From a virus (taxonomy: Duplodnaviria; Heunggongvirae; Uroviricota; Caudoviricetes): 64,000 bases of DNA. Shown here piece after piece: positions 27,701 through 36,931 of the stretch (position 1 is the stretch's first letter; each line of letters starts with the position of its first letter). The translations under genes and the position numbers were made by a program. The stretch is taken from the IMG/VR virus record IMGVR_UViG_3300035182_001709; one strand, 5' to 3'. The notes beneath the pieces were generated by a model. It was given only the letters and a program-made list of their open reading frames with translations, was not told the origin of the DNA and ran no database searches.

Positions 27701-29243
27701 CGGTGAGGTCGTAGAGAGGGATCTCACCGACATACTCAACGGAAACTACCTTACAGTTGTTGTAAGTCTCCTGAAAGTCACTAAACTTCTTGAAGCCATT
27801 CTGCGACAACCTGGAGATAATCGTGTTCTTGTTGGCGCCAAGCTTTTCGGCGAGACGAGGCAACGTCACGCTGGGTGTATATGCATCACAGATCTGTTGG
27901 AACGTCAGTGAATTACCGTTCGAACCTCGTGGACGACCGCCCTTTCGGACGCTCTTAATCTGATTGACGGTCACTTCCTCGTCGTGATACCCCATTGTTG
28001 AACGCAACTCTGTCCACGACATCCGGGCGCGGCGGGCCAAAAACTTGTCAAGTACGTTGACAGTGCAACCGAGCTTAATGCACAAAGAACGCTTCGTGTC
28101 ACCAGCAGTCATCGAAGACTTCAATAGCTCGAGGCTCAAGTCCCGTGTCAGTAGACCGGGTCGGTTGTTGATCATAGAATCAGCTTGACCGCCAGCATAT
28201 GCCGCAACAAATTTATTGAACGTTGAGAATCCGTGGGTCGCCAATCGTTCATAGATCAGGTTCCATGTGACATCAAGAGCATTTGCAATCGCCGGCATGC
28301 TGAAACCAACACGTTCAGCAGTCTCTAGGATTCGAGCAAAAGTCACATCCCTGCGAGCGCCAGGAGCATTGTCACGCATCCGAGCTGCATGGTTCTTCTT
28401 GAACTCTTCGATCCACTCACGGTTTTCGGGTGCCCACTTCACCCCGTTGTTGATCGCGGCGTGGTAACTGTCATGGGCAGACTTCGTCATGATCCTGAGA
28501 TTTTCAGGACGATTATCAGTCTTAATGAAGTTGATGTGGTGGACAACCTCATCTTCGTTGAGCTGACGACCGGCAACCCACTCAGCGATCAGTTGGTGCT
28601 CTTTGGTCCAACCGCGGAACCTATCGTCCATCGTGTAGATCCACGAGTAGCCAAGGGTGCCTTCTTTGGCATCAGCAAAGATGTCTTTGCGGTAGAAGGG
28701 CATCATTGCATCGCCGGGTTTCAGGTCCTCAACACGACGGTATGTACCGTCACGAAGCATCAGTCGATGTTCCGGTGATGCAACAATCTCTTTTCCATTA
28801 TCAAATTTGATCTTCCAGGCACTATCGACACAGGTCTGACGAGCCTGTTTACCGAACGCCGGAACGATGCGCTTCAAATTGTGATCGTACGAATAGACAA
28901 TGAAGATGTGATCCGGATTTTTCTCACACTCTTGCGCTAGCTCACCTATAGTCTTGAAACCATCTGAGGTTGCGATCTTAGTGTCAATCGCAAGTGAATA
29001 CTCCATTTCTTGAAAGTCCTGATAGCGCATCAAGCGCTCGCTCAGGTTGTAGGCATTTGCCGTGATGGTCGCGTAGGTCGGCGCCAGCGACTTCTGAAAG
29101 AGCAACGTGCCTGACGACTTAGTCTTGTCAGCGACCGCGATCGTCGTGTCGGCGGTGCGGATCTTCTTCTTGATGACAGGACCACTTCGAAACAGTCGCG
29201 TCAGTCGTCGGAAAAGGCTTTGAGGTGCTTCTTTTTTTGCCAT
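24732..29243 (-). CDS. Portal protein, T4 gp20-like, interrupted by two inteins (about 685 aa spliced)
   Basis: Exteins join as QEMEY|TPEIAAALDIYADE and LRYNPL|SVDEDYFIPVRG; also LIEDAMLVYRVVRAPERRVFYIDV and KKLFAALKIPRAYL. Confidence 0.93.
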   Translation of the reverse strand: MAKKEAPQSLFRRLTRLFRSGPVIKKKIRTADTTIAVADKTKSSGTLLFQKSLAPTYATITANAYNLSERLMRYQDFQEMEYSLAIDTKIATSDGFKTIGELAQECEKNPDHIFIVYSYDHNLKRIVPAFGKQARQTCVDSAWKIKFDNGKEIVASPEHRLMLRDGTYRRVEDLKPGDAMMPFYRKDIFADAKEGTLGYSWIYTMDDRFRGWTKEHQLIAEWVAGRQLNEDEVVHHINFIKTDNRPENLRIMTKSAHDSYHAAINNGVKWAPENREWIEEFKKNHAARMRDNAPGARRDVTFARILETAERVGFSMPAIANALDVTWNLIYERLATHGFSTFNKFVAAYAGGQADSMINNRPGLLTRDLSLELLKSSMTAGDTKRSLCIKLGCTVNVLDKFLARRARMSWTELRSTMGYHDEEVTVNQIKSVRKGGRPRGSNGNSLTFQQICDAYTPSVTLPRLAEKLGANKNTIISRLSQNGFKKFSDFQETYNNCKVVSVEYVGEIPLYDLTVDGYKNFATDSVISHNTPEIAAALDIYADETCAQDEKGRVLHIYSDNEKIREVLEDLFYNTLNTEFNLRSWARNLVKYGDFFLYNDVSPTYGVVSAFPIPVNEIEREENYDRDDPFAVRYRWVTLGNRVLENWEITHFRLLGNDMFLPYGSSIIEPARRIWRQLILIEDAMLVYRVVRAPERRVFYIDVANVPAQDVPLYVEEQRKNLRTNQVIDRSSGRVDLRYNPLCFAANVQIPLLDGRMLRIDELVKEWNEGRRDHETYSLDLEAGGRLVPGKVIWAGKSGTTKQFVRVTLDDGGVINVTPEHRMMLRDGSHVKAKDLRSGDSLMPLHVTYAPMSGAEVSEVDKHCYEKVLDPSFGTRIFTHELIAAHAFGLEVYRNGHISQQGKTIHHVNFDKLNNSTGNLQLITNAEHYVKRSEAMSTMWADPERRERARQNMRYVWSPECQVYVINVIRSLRRFEGLDAFLRRLKSDVTFMKLYAATNAHLAHDLAKSLHKNVVGKFIIADYLNWKAVWAAHHPAALGRQYVNNVDTGVVASDGANNHVVISVELIDTTEDVYSVTVDRWHNLAVGGENAAKGAQSPHGGGGGVGLIFAFQSVDEDYFIPVRGQESGTRIETLAGGQNTAAVEDVAYIQKKLFAALKIPRAYLGYDEMLSSKATLAQEDIRFSRTIAVIQKTILAELNKLAIIHLYAHGYDGDDLQNFTLHLSNPSTVAQQQKLELWRAKFEIGGSAPEGFIDKDFVRKEIWGLNDQECKQIDKNRMKDKVVDAAIESGAGAGGDGGGGGEDLFGGGDEGGGGEEPAGGEETPPEENAGEEPEEETTPGVQLLTSADDNDDDETFGLRVGAMKDVEIPVKAQKQLDRVLYNRSRHLTHGPSKTHMPDFRKMTSTDNRAMEDPYDTDFLKSVVSDPFGESVARQQRLPGDVVAALLSWEKKFPGERGSKNGLIKEDQEINIEIDESIEPGLTGSAINEGDVLIIDDDNEDDES
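25908..27017 (-). mobile_element. Intein 2 in portal (370 aa; Cys1, non-canonical Phe-Gln end, Ser+1) with HNH endonuclease
   Basis: Begins CFAANVQIPLLDG; block B TPEHRMML; HHVNFDKLNNSTGNL; ends VYSVTVDRWHNLAV...GLIFAFQ|S. Confidence 0.88.
27654..28997 (-). mobile_element. Intein 1 in portal (448 aa; Ser1, His-Asn end, Thr+1) with HNH endonuclease
   Basis: Begins SLAIDTKIAT; block B SPEHRLML; HHINFIKTDNRPENL HNH motif; ends YDLTVDGYKNFATDSVISHN|T. Confidence 0.92.
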
Positions 29244-29320
29244 GATGTTCGCCCGACTATTTCAGTCGCGGCTCAGGGTTAATAGTAAGGTTCACTGCTG
29301 CAGCGTATACGGTAGCGTGA

Positions 29321-29632
29321 TCAAACGTCCCCTTCACCCTTCACGGGCTTCAAAGAAACCTTCTTTGGTTCGACCTTCTTCTTCTCGACGTAGGATCCAG
29401 GCGTACTTACCATGTCCTCGAGAATCTTTTCCATCTGTGCAAGATGAGGCGTCAGCGCATTGATCATCGGCCCGTTGGCTGACTTCTGAAATACCTCGAC
29501 CGCCGCCAACAGCTTGGAGGCGCCATTGACGACTTCACGAATTGATGCATGGTCGACGGCCTCGTTGACCGAGGAAGACAGTTCCTCAGCAATGATCTTC
29601 CGAAGACGTGGTAGGGTAATCTTGTTGCTCAT
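29321..29632 (-). CDS. Small putative internal head protein
   Basis: N-terminal LRKIIAEEL; ATACTTAC motif 20 nt upstream. Confidence 0.6.
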   Translation of the reverse strand: MSNKITLPRLRKIIAEELSSSVNEAVDHASIREVVNGASKLLAAVEVFQKSANGPMINALTPHLAQMEKILEDMVSTPGSYVEKKKVEPKKVSLKPVKGEGDV

Positions 29633-29672
29633 CGCGAGACCTTCTCTGCAGTGTAAGTATTGGTGACCAGCG

Positions 29673-31301
29673 TCACCGTAGCAACCAGCTAAAATCGCTC
29701 ACGTCAGCATTCTTGATCTGCGATGGATCGCGGGGCTTGTGAACGTTGTAAGGATTAACGCCCCTGATGTTAGGATTGATCAGCGGCTGTGCTGACTGAA
29801 TGTCACCTGGCATCTGCGCTGAGTCCCTGCGCGCGACCTGCGTGGCCTTCAACATGGCCATCGCCATCTCATGAGCCTGTTCATTGACTCCTGAACCGCC
29901 GTTGGTCAGCCAAATGCCAATCGCTAGACTCATAATCAAGTCGTCATGACTGTCACGGGTGGCCTGAGCCTTGGACCCCTGCCAGATGAAGGCCTGCATC
30001 TGATCGTAGAAGCGTTGCGAGTAGATTTTGACAATCTTGTTGCGGATGATCTCCTCGAGCTTCGCCAGGATCTGCGGACGAGTGTTACCTTGCGTCTCAA
30101 AGCCAGGAATTGCCTCTGGGTCGCTCGAGATGTACTCGAACATGTCGCCTGTCATATTGCGATAATACAGACGCTTGTAGCCGATGTCTCTGAGTCTGAC
30201 AGCCGTCATGTAGCCAAAATTGTTACGCTCTGGGCACAGCAAGGCAGTGTTATACTTCTTGCCGTAGTCAGCTAGAAGGTCGGCCAACTTGTCAGGCGGA
30301 ATCTTGCCCATGTATTCTGCGACGACTTCACAATCATTTACGTCAATGACGTGCATCGTCGAATAGTCGGCAGCGTCTCCACGGGCCACGTCAGATGAAA
30401 TAACATACTTCTTGCCCGGCTCAGGATCAGACCAGATCCAGACAGCATTCTGCGGTCCTTCTTTGCGAATCGGACTGTCGATCATGCTCCTGAGATAGTC
30501 CATCTCCGTGGGTTGCAGGAATGTGTCACCTGACGAGATGAAGTCGCAAAGGAACTCCTGGGCAACTTTTCGCTTTGGCAGGTTCTTGGTTTCCTTGTCA
30601 AACCATGCCTGATCGTGCTCGGGATGAACGTGCCATGGAAGATTGATAGTGTTGAACTCATTGACCTGTGCTATTGCGTCGGTCCACAACTTGTAGTACA
30701 TGCCGCCGACGCCGTTAGGCGTGGAAATAATGATCGCAGAACCGCCCGTGGAGATAGTCGGATAGAGACCGGTCCAGATCTCTTCAAAGTCTCTGATGAA
30801 TGCGGCCTCATCGACGATGAGAAGTGACAAGGCCTCCGAACGACCAGCGTCTGGTGAGGTCGGTACGGCCGCGATGACTGACCCATTGGCAAACGTGATC
30901 TGTTGCTTGGTCGATTCGAACTTGGTGAGGAGCAACCACTTGGGCAGGCCGTCAAGGATTGTCTTCACCTTCTTGATGAAGTTCATGGCGGTCTGCAACT
31001 TGGTAGCGATGACCAGGACGTTCTTGTCCTTCTTGAAGATCGCGTACCAGACGGCGTAGGCCGCGGTGACGGTTGACAGGCCCAGCTGACGTGACTTCAG
31101 GACGATGTTGAAGCGATTCTCTTCAAATGCCTTGATGCAGTCATCCTGAAAGTAGTAGGTGTCGAACGGGATCAGGCCCCTCTTGGGGTGCTGGATCTTC
31201 GCATAGTTCTTCATGAAGTAGACGGCGTTTTTGCCGCACTTCAGAATCTCGCGGACCTGTTCTTCTCTACCGAGCGGACCGTTGGACGTGGCAATTGACA
31301 T
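29673..31301 (-). CDS. Terminase large subunit, T4 gp17-like
   Basis: IVLKSRQLGLST (Walker A), LLIVDEAAFI (Walker B), IIISTPNG, nuclease DVARGDAADYS and HDDLIMSL; no intein. Confidence 0.95.
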   Translation of the reverse strand: MSIATSNGPLGREEQVREILKCGKNAVYFMKNYAKIQHPKRGLIPFDTYYFQDDCIKAFEENRFNIVLKSRQLGLSTVTAAYAVWYAIFKKDKNVLVIATKLQTAMNFIKKVKTILDGLPKWLLLTKFESTKQQITFANGSVIAAVPTSPDAGRSEALSLLIVDEAAFIRDFEEIWTGLYPTISTGGSAIIISTPNGVGGMYYKLWTDAIAQVNEFNTINLPWHVHPEHDQAWFDKETKNLPKRKVAQEFLCDFISSGDTFLQPTEMDYLRSMIDSPIRKEGPQNAVWIWSDPEPGKKYVISSDVARGDAADYSTMHVIDVNDCEVVAEYMGKIPPDKLADLLADYGKKYNTALLCPERNNFGYMTAVRLRDIGYKRLYYRNMTGDMFEYISSDPEAIPGFETQGNTRPQILAKLEEIIRNKIVKIYSQRFYDQMQAFIWQGSKAQATRDSHDDLIMSLAIGIWLTNGGSGVNEQAHEMAMAMLKATQVARRDSAQMPGDIQSAQPLINPNIRGVNPYNVHKPRDPSQIKNADVSDFSWLLR

Positions 31302-31684
31302 CAGCTGAGCTCAAACACTGTCTTGCGGCGGTAATAAGCAGTGCGCTTTGGATTGTGAATGCCGAAGTTGATGACCTCGACTGAATCATCGGAGGCTCCC
31401 TCAGAAGTCTTCAGGGCCTTGCCAGCGAGTTCCTTGTACGTGGCCTTCACCTTCTTCATGACGGCGCTGATGATGGCTTGCGACTCCTCAGAGTAACGCC
31501 TCTTCATCAGGATCATTTCCTTCTCCGTGCCAAAGTTGACAACTGCGGCGTAAGAGGCGATGATGCGATTACCGTGCAGGGTAAACTTCACAGAGTAACC
31601 TGCCGTATTGGGCGTTGATGAACGGCCCCATGAGGTGTCGATTGCCTGACCCAAGGCATTGAAGTCGATTTTCACGTCTGCCAT
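31301..31684 (-). CDS. Hypothetical protein
   Basis: 127 aa; GGAG SD; ATACTTAG upstream; 1-nt overlap with terminase. Confidence 0.7.
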   Translation of the reverse strand: MADVKIDFNALGQAIDTSWGRSSTPNTAGYSVKFTLHGNRIIASYAAVVNFGTEKEMILMKRRYSEESQAIISAVMKKVKATYKELAGKALKTSEGASDDSVEVINFGIHNPKRTAYYRRKTVFELS

Positions 31685-31716
31685 GTCCCGTTGCTCCTGG
31701 CCTAAGTATAGGGCGC

Positions 31717-32019
31717 TCAGTCGATCTCGAGGTCGACGACCAACGGAGGCCTACCTGCGACCTCAGCATCCAACGCGGCGCGTTCGGGTCGCCAGCCAGC
31801 AGCCCATTCCTTGCGCCTCGGGGCAGCCCAAGCCAAGGCGCAACGATTGCAGCAGGCAAATTCATGCCACGCTGCCTCATCGTCTTGCGTTCTCATCACC
31901 GTCCCACAGACAGCACAGGACAGCGGCACGCTCGGGGAGGCCTCACACGGAACGATAACGCAGTAACCGCCCGGTCTCCGAGAGATCAGACGGTCACGTA
32001 GGTACGGTTGACGATCCAC
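31717..32019 (-). CDS. Small zinc-binding hypothetical protein
   Basis: CAVC and CCNRC cysteine pairs. Confidence 0.55.
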   Translation of the reverse strand: MDRQPYLRDRLISRRPGGYCVIVPCEASPSVPLSCAVCGTVMRTQDDEAAWHEFACCNRCALAWAAPRRKEWAAGWRPERAALDAEVAGRPPLVVDLEID

Positions 32020-32033
32020 CGAGCGATCTTACA

Positions 32034-34619
32034 TCACTCGTAGACTACCTTGGTGTCCTTTTCATTCTTGGTGATCTCAAGAACGGTGTCGGCAGAATCC
32101 TTGACGCCATCAACGTGAGTGATAATCATGACCGTTCTGAAGTGGCGCTTCAACGAAGACAACAAACGATTGCAAGCCTCGACGCCAGCGTCGTCCAGTG
32201 CACCAAAGCCCTCATCCAGGATGAACATGTCAGTCTTGGGCAGCGACGAGACGTTGATCAGCGCCACACGGATGGCGATCGAGCTGATCATCTTCTCCAT
32301 GCCTGAACCCAACTCAACGATTCGCCGTGAGTCGCCGTAGTTGATGTAGACGTCCATCCAGTCAGACTCTGGGTCAACCTCGAGTTCTACCGTGAAGTCA
32401 ACAATGCCAGTCAAGATCTTGGCGATCTCTGCGTTGATGACCGGCAACTGCGATGTCACGATTACGCTCGGGATTCCCTTTCGTGAAAAGGCGTTGGCAA
32501 CGAGCTCATAGACCTTCATGCCCTGCAAGAGGGTCTCGCGGTTCTTCTTCTCATTCAATGCTTTTTCTGCGTCCGAAATAAGCTTACCTTTGTCGGCGGC
32601 GGCTGTCATCTTCTCCCCGTCGAGCCTCGCAATGACCGCCGTGAGTTCATCAATTTCAGTGCGGAGGGAAACCACCTCTGCATTTTCGTCATTTTTCAGA
32701 GCCTCTTCTAGTTCATCCAGCTTGGCCTTAGAAATCTCAAGACTGGAGATCTGGGTCTCTTGCTGCGTCTCGAGCTTCACCAGTTCGATTTGCTTGTTTG
32801 ATAGCTCGACCTTCAACCGCGAGTGAAGCTCATGCAACTTCTGAATCTTCTCGACTTTGTCTCGAATGTTTTCCGTCTTCAGTTCGTCCAACGAGACGGC
32901 GGCTCGGTCAAGCTTCTCCAAGGCGCGACCAGTCTTGTCACGTTGCGATTCGATCTTGCCTTTGACAAAGTGTGCATCCTTGATGAACTTGCAGGTTGGG
33001 AACTTGTCGCCACACGGGACGTCATCAAGGATCTTCAGGGAACGCTCCTGTTGCTTCAACAGAGCGGCTTCCTTCTCGTGAGAGTGCTTCAACGATACGA
33101 CAGTCGACTCAAGGGCGTTGAACGCCTTCAGGCGCTTCTTCAACTCTTCGATGTCGTGTTCTTCCTTGAGGGTGTCGATCGTCGACACCTTGCCTTCAAT
33201 CTTGCCGATCTCCACGCGGAGGTCGACGATCTTGGCGGCAACAGACGCCACCTGACGCTCCAGAGTGATGACCTTGTTACGTTGCGATTCGACCTGCGAC
33301 TTGCTAACTGGTGTGAAGTCACTGTGACGAGCGAGCTGAGCACGAACCTCAGCTAGACGCTCTGCGGCCTCCTGCTCCTTGTACGTCTTGTCGTCGATGG
33401 CTGCCGACAACTTTTCGAGCTTTGACTTCAGGTCAGTGGCAACCTGATTCCAATCCTTGTCGGGATAGGCACGCAGCTGTGCCTTAGCGTTGTTGACATC
33501 CTTGTTGGCTAGGTCGTACATCCTGTCAAAGACGTCGAGGTCGAGGAACCGCGACAAGATCTGCCGGCGGCGCGAGGAACCCTGCTGAATGAACTGATTG
33601 ATCTCACCTTGTGCCGAAAGCGAGGTCAACAAGAAGTCGTCTTGGCTGCCGATGAGGTTTCTGATGACCTTTTCGGTGTCATTTCGCTGTTCACCCGCTA
33701 GGTCGATAACGTCGCCAGATTCTGTGACACGGTACGCATTCAATGAAGTGACTGCGTGAACAATGCCTCTCCGAGCATTCTCGTGTTTGACAGTCTGACG
33801 CTCGAAGACGTAATCGGTGCCTCCAACGTTGACGATGGCACGAGTGTAGCAGTAGGGCTTGCGAGCGTTGATGACGTGCAGGTTCTTGATCGAACCGCGG
33901 TCAGTACTGTTGAACAGCGAGTACATGATCGAGCCGACGATTGACGACTTGCCGGCGCGGTTCTGACCGAAGATGCCAACGATGCCCTCGAGCCCGTCAA
34001 AGTTGATGTGATTGCCCTCGCCGTAGGCAAAGACATTGTCAAACTTCAAGTCACGGAGAGACCACTTCGTGTTCCGCGGAGCCTCCTCCATGCCAGTAAC
34101 AGCGGCGAGGTATGTCTTGACCTGCTCACCGACGCGGGTCCAGACTTCATCCGGGTAGTTTGAGTCTACGTGGTAGTTGCGAATCAGGCCCATCAGGATG
34201 TCAGGATTGCGTAGGTCCGCTCGGGCCAGCGTCTGAGTGCCAGCCGTTAGCGTTTCCTTGTTGATGTGCTGGTCAACTTTGAAGGTGACTTCCGTCGCAT
34301 TCATCGTCTGCTTCAGCATCGATGTCAACGACTGGACTTCTTGTTGCGCGACGTGCGTGCGACTCTTGATCCTAAACCGTGAACCATGAGGATATGTGCT
34401 AGCAACCTCGAACGTCTTCTTGACGTCACCTTCCCAGTCGACGGTAACAAAAGGCTTCGGGTTGGGCAGCTGCCTGAAATCCACGCTAAAGCTGTTACGA
34501 TCCTTGATCGACCAGCTCAAGTACCCGTGTACCAGGTCTTCCGCGTAGTTCTGCTGGACTGTCGAACCCGGGTATGCAATCCAACCCTGGTTAACCTTGA
34601 TACGAACTTTCTTGCTCAT
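32034..34619 (-). CDS. sbcC: SbcC/Rad50 (gp46-like) ATPase carrying the C-terminal part of the SbcD nuclease at its N-terminus
   Basis: GQNRAGKSS Walker A, CGDKFPTC zinc hook, GSGMEK signature, ILDEGFGALD Walker B, IITH; N-terminal IAYPGSTVQQNYAE is an SbcD-type motif. Confidence 0.92.
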   Translation of the reverse strand: MSKKVRIKVNQGWIAYPGSTVQQNYAEDLVHGYLSWSIKDRNSFSVDFRQLPNPKPFVTVDWEGDVKKTFEVASTYPHGSRFRIKSRTHVAQQEVQSLTSMLKQTMNATEVTFKVDQHINKETLTAGTQTLARADLRNPDILMGLIRNYHVDSNYPDEVWTRVGEQVKTYLAAVTGMEEAPRNTKWSLRDLKFDNVFAYGEGNHINFDGLEGIVGIFGQNRAGKSSIVGSIMYSLFNSTDRGSIKNLHVINARKPYCYTRAIVNVGGTDYVFERQTVKHENARRGIVHAVTSLNAYRVTESGDVIDLAGEQRNDTEKVIRNLIGSQDDFLLTSLSAQGEINQFIQQGSSRRRQILSRFLDLDVFDRMYDLANKDVNNAKAQLRAYPDKDWNQVATDLKSKLEKLSAAIDDKTYKEQEAAERLAEVRAQLARHSDFTPVSKSQVESQRNKVITLERQVASVAAKIVDLRVEIGKIEGKVSTIDTLKEEHDIEELKKRLKAFNALESTVVSLKHSHEKEAALLKQQERSLKILDDVPCGDKFPTCKFIKDAHFVKGKIESQRDKTGRALEKLDRAAVSLDELKTENIRDKVEKIQKLHELHSRLKVELSNKQIELVKLETQQETQISSLEISKAKLDELEEALKNDENAEVVSLRTEIDELTAVIARLDGEKMTAAADKGKLISDAEKALNEKKNRETLLQGMKVYELVANAFSRKGIPSVIVTSQLPVINAEIAKILTGIVDFTVELEVDPESDWMDVYINYGDSRRIVELGSGMEKMISSIAIRVALINVSSLPKTDMFILDEGFGALDDAGVEACNRLLSSLKRHFRTVMIITHVDGVKDSADTVLEITKNEKDTKVVYE

Positions 34620-35269
34620 GCGTCTCCGAGGACGGTGGCGCCTGGGTATTTGTCGAGGTCGCCTTCATCGATCACAAGTTCAACTTCACGAGAGCGAAGG
34701 AACTGCAACTTATGGATGTCGCCCAGGAGGGCAAAATCATAATCTTTGAAAAAGTCAAGATTGAGACCTTCCTCGATCAACCAATCGGTCTCCGTCCGCG
34801 CACCGTACACCGGTCCGTGATAACACGCAATGTTGATCTTACCGGGTAGCGGTTTGACTGCTGCCCAACCTTCAACATCAAAGAGGCTGTAGATGCACCA
34901 AACGTAACCCGGTGAGAACTCATAGCAACCGCTCTGCTTGTAGAGATGAATCATCGGGTCCTTCAATGCCTCGACGATGGGAGTGACAGCATCCTGTCGC
35001 GAGAGGTTGACAAGGTTCCCGTCATGATTTCCGAGCGTCAAGTGAACCTCGGCGACCGATGACATTGACTTGAGCCACCTCGTCAACTCATCGATGTACT
35101 CTGGGCTAAGGCCCGTCGTCTTGGTATGGAAGATGTCGCCACCGACAAAGATGTGCTCGATCCCCTGATCCTTGACGTCCTTGACAAAGGCATCAAAGAC
35201 CTCACGGTACTCATCGTGCCGCGAAAGGCCTCGCCAGTGCACGTCTGCAATATGTGCTATCTTGAGCAT
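34616..35269 (-). CDS. sbcD: SbcD/Mre11 (gp47-like) metallophosphoesterase, N-terminal part
   Basis: IADVHW, GGDIFH, LGNHD, YHGP and LGDIH motifs; stops before the YPGS motif. Confidence 0.9.
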   Translation of the reverse strand: MLKIAHIADVHWRGLSRHDEYREVFDAFVKDVKDQGIEHIFVGGDIFHTKTTGLSPEYIDELTRWLKSMSSVAEVHLTLGNHDGNLVNLSRQDAVTPIVEALKDPMIHLYKQSGCYEFSPGYVWCIYSLFDVEGWAAVKPLPGKINIACYHGPVYGARTETDWLIEEGLNLDFFKDYDFALLGDIHKLQFLRSREVELVIDEGDLDKYPGATVLGDA

Positions 35270-35282
35270 GTGCCCTATCCAG

Positions 35283-35311
35283 AGGGTATAATTGAGCGCC
35301 CTGCCTGTACA
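35283..35311 (-). promoter_or_regulatory. Promoter TGTACA-N17-TACCCT upstream of sbcD
   Basis: Exact 17-nt spacer in a short intergenic gap. Confidence 0.55.
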
Positions 35312-35329
35312 AATACAATGGCGCTAACA

Positions 35330-36328
35330 TCACATTCTGATACGTAGGGGCACATTGGTCGCTCGTGACAGGCGATCGAAGAATGAACTCGACCAGGTCG
35401 GTTCCTTCGCAGCCTCGACGGCAGCCTTGAACTGTTGCTTCGTCATCTTGCCTGGGTCGCCCCACTCACGGACATCGACCAGTGCCACGTCAACTGCGTA
35501 TTCTTGCAACTTCTTGGCGATCCTGGGCGCCTTCGTCGCCCACATGTCACCGTCCAACGCTAGGGCAATGGGCGTACAATTAGCGATGATCTGAGAAAAC
35601 AATCGTGACTCTTCGTTGAGGTCTGAGCCCAACAAAGGCACTGCGTTCTCACCACACTTCATCAGATCGAATGGCCCCTCGCAGATCACCAGACGACGCT
35701 TCCAGTCAATGTTGATCTCGTTGAATACGATGGATAGCTTGTCGTCCTCGGGATTGTCGTACTTCGGGCGCTTGTCCCACTCATCGACGCTACGACCCAC
35801 GTAGAAGTTCAACTTGCCTTCCCAATCAAATGAAGGCATGATGACGCGGCGGCGCCAACGATGTTCACCTGAGACGCCAAGCTTGAAGTACCACGCGTCT
35901 CTACGAGTGACGTTCCTTTTCTTTAGGTAGGTCCAGGCCGCGAGGACGTCTGGATCTGATAGCGACGCCAACGTCAGCAGCCTGAAGTCCTTGGGCAGCT
36001 CGAGAGGCTTTTTGTCGTTGTCGACGTCAATGTACCTGAGACGAGCGCGAACATCCTCAGGCATGAACTCATCGCGGTAGCGATTGAGTTGCGCCTGCGT
36101 TCCGTACTTCTTGATCAGGGGTGCCAGCGTGTGGGCCTTCCATCCGCACGACCAGCAGTGATTCACGTCATCTTCTACACGGATGACCAGCTTGCGCTTA
36201 CTCGAATCCTTGTGCGAGTGACACGTGGGAATCGGACAGCGCACCCCGAAGTTCTTGCCGTTTGCAGCAAGGTGTCCCTTCCCAAATACGCTCTCGTAGA
36301 ACTTACATTTCTCAGAGAGGCTCTGCAC
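35330..36328 (-). CDS. DNA primase (zinc finger plus TOPRIM)
   Basis: CPIPTC...HCWSC zinc ribbon; ICEGPFD, LDGD, DPG TOPRIM motifs. Confidence 0.88.
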   Translation of the reverse strand: MQSLSEKCKFYESVFGKGHLAANGKNFGVRCPIPTCHSHKDSSKRKLVIRVEDDVNHCWSCGWKAHTLAPLIKKYGTQAQLNRYRDEFMPEDVRARLRYIDVDNDKKPLELPKDFRLLTLASLSDPDVLAAWTYLKKRNVTRRDAWYFKLGVSGEHRWRRRVIMPSFDWEGKLNFYVGRSVDEWDKRPKYDNPEDDKLSIVFNEINIDWKRRLVICEGPFDLMKCGENAVPLLGSDLNEESRLFSQIIANCTPIALALDGDMWATKAPRIAKKLQEYAVDVALVDVREWGDPGKMTKQQFKAAVEAAKEPTWSSSFFDRLSRATNVPLRIRM

Positions 36329-36352
36329 GCTTACATTGTCCCGCTCAGGACC

Positions 36353-36931
36353 TCATATGTTCATGAGACAGGCAGCACGGGCAATAACGTACGCATCGGT
36401 TGCATCACGCGACCAATCGACGGAGGTACCGTTCTTCTTGGTCGGCCACTTCACATGTGACAAATCGTGCTGTGCCATGTGATCGAAGACCTGCTCCTTC
36501 TGGCTCTTGCCTGCTACCGAAGGCTTCTGCAGCTTCAAGCCACACTGCTTGCGGGCCGTGGGTGCAGAGATGTAATTGGGCTCTACGTTGAAGGTGTTCC
36601 GTGAGATATACGAGACGATCCCGTTGAACCTCAGCAACGAGGCAATGGTCGTGGCAGACGACATCCCCTGTCGAAAGCCCAGTAGAGGTTCTTCAATTGC
36701 GACGGCAATCTCGGCATTAGCGTGATTGACGTGCAATCCGTTTAGGTAGTGAGCCACCACGTCGGCCTTGTCCCACAGCGTCTTACACTTCTTGAACTCG
36801 ATATGATCGAGGTGGACAATGTGATTGCCAGTCCCGTCGGGGACCACGTCACGGTCGATCAAACAGACGCCCGTAATCGACGTAGAAACATCGAGTCCCA
36901 ACACGTAACGGCGTTTCATCTTCAGTGGCAT
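36353..36931 (-). CDS. RuvC-like Holliday junction resolvase
   Basis: VLGLDVSTSITG, AIEE, DATDAYVIA acidic catalytic pattern. Confidence 0.82.
   Translation of the reverse strand: MPLKMKRRYVLGLDVSTSITGVCLIDRDVVPDGTGNHIVHLDHIEFKKCKTLWDKADVVAHYLNGLHVNHANAEIAVAIEEPLLGFRQGMSSATTIASLLRFNGIVSYISRNTFNVEPNYISAPTARKQCGLKLQKPSVAGKSQKEQVFDHMAQHDLSHVKWPTKKNGTSVDWSRDATDAYVIARAACLMNI

Noticed and set aside
29662-29677. GGTGAC-CAGC-GTCACC hairpin at the terminase stop
   Set aside because: Only 6 bp with no U-tract; could be chance
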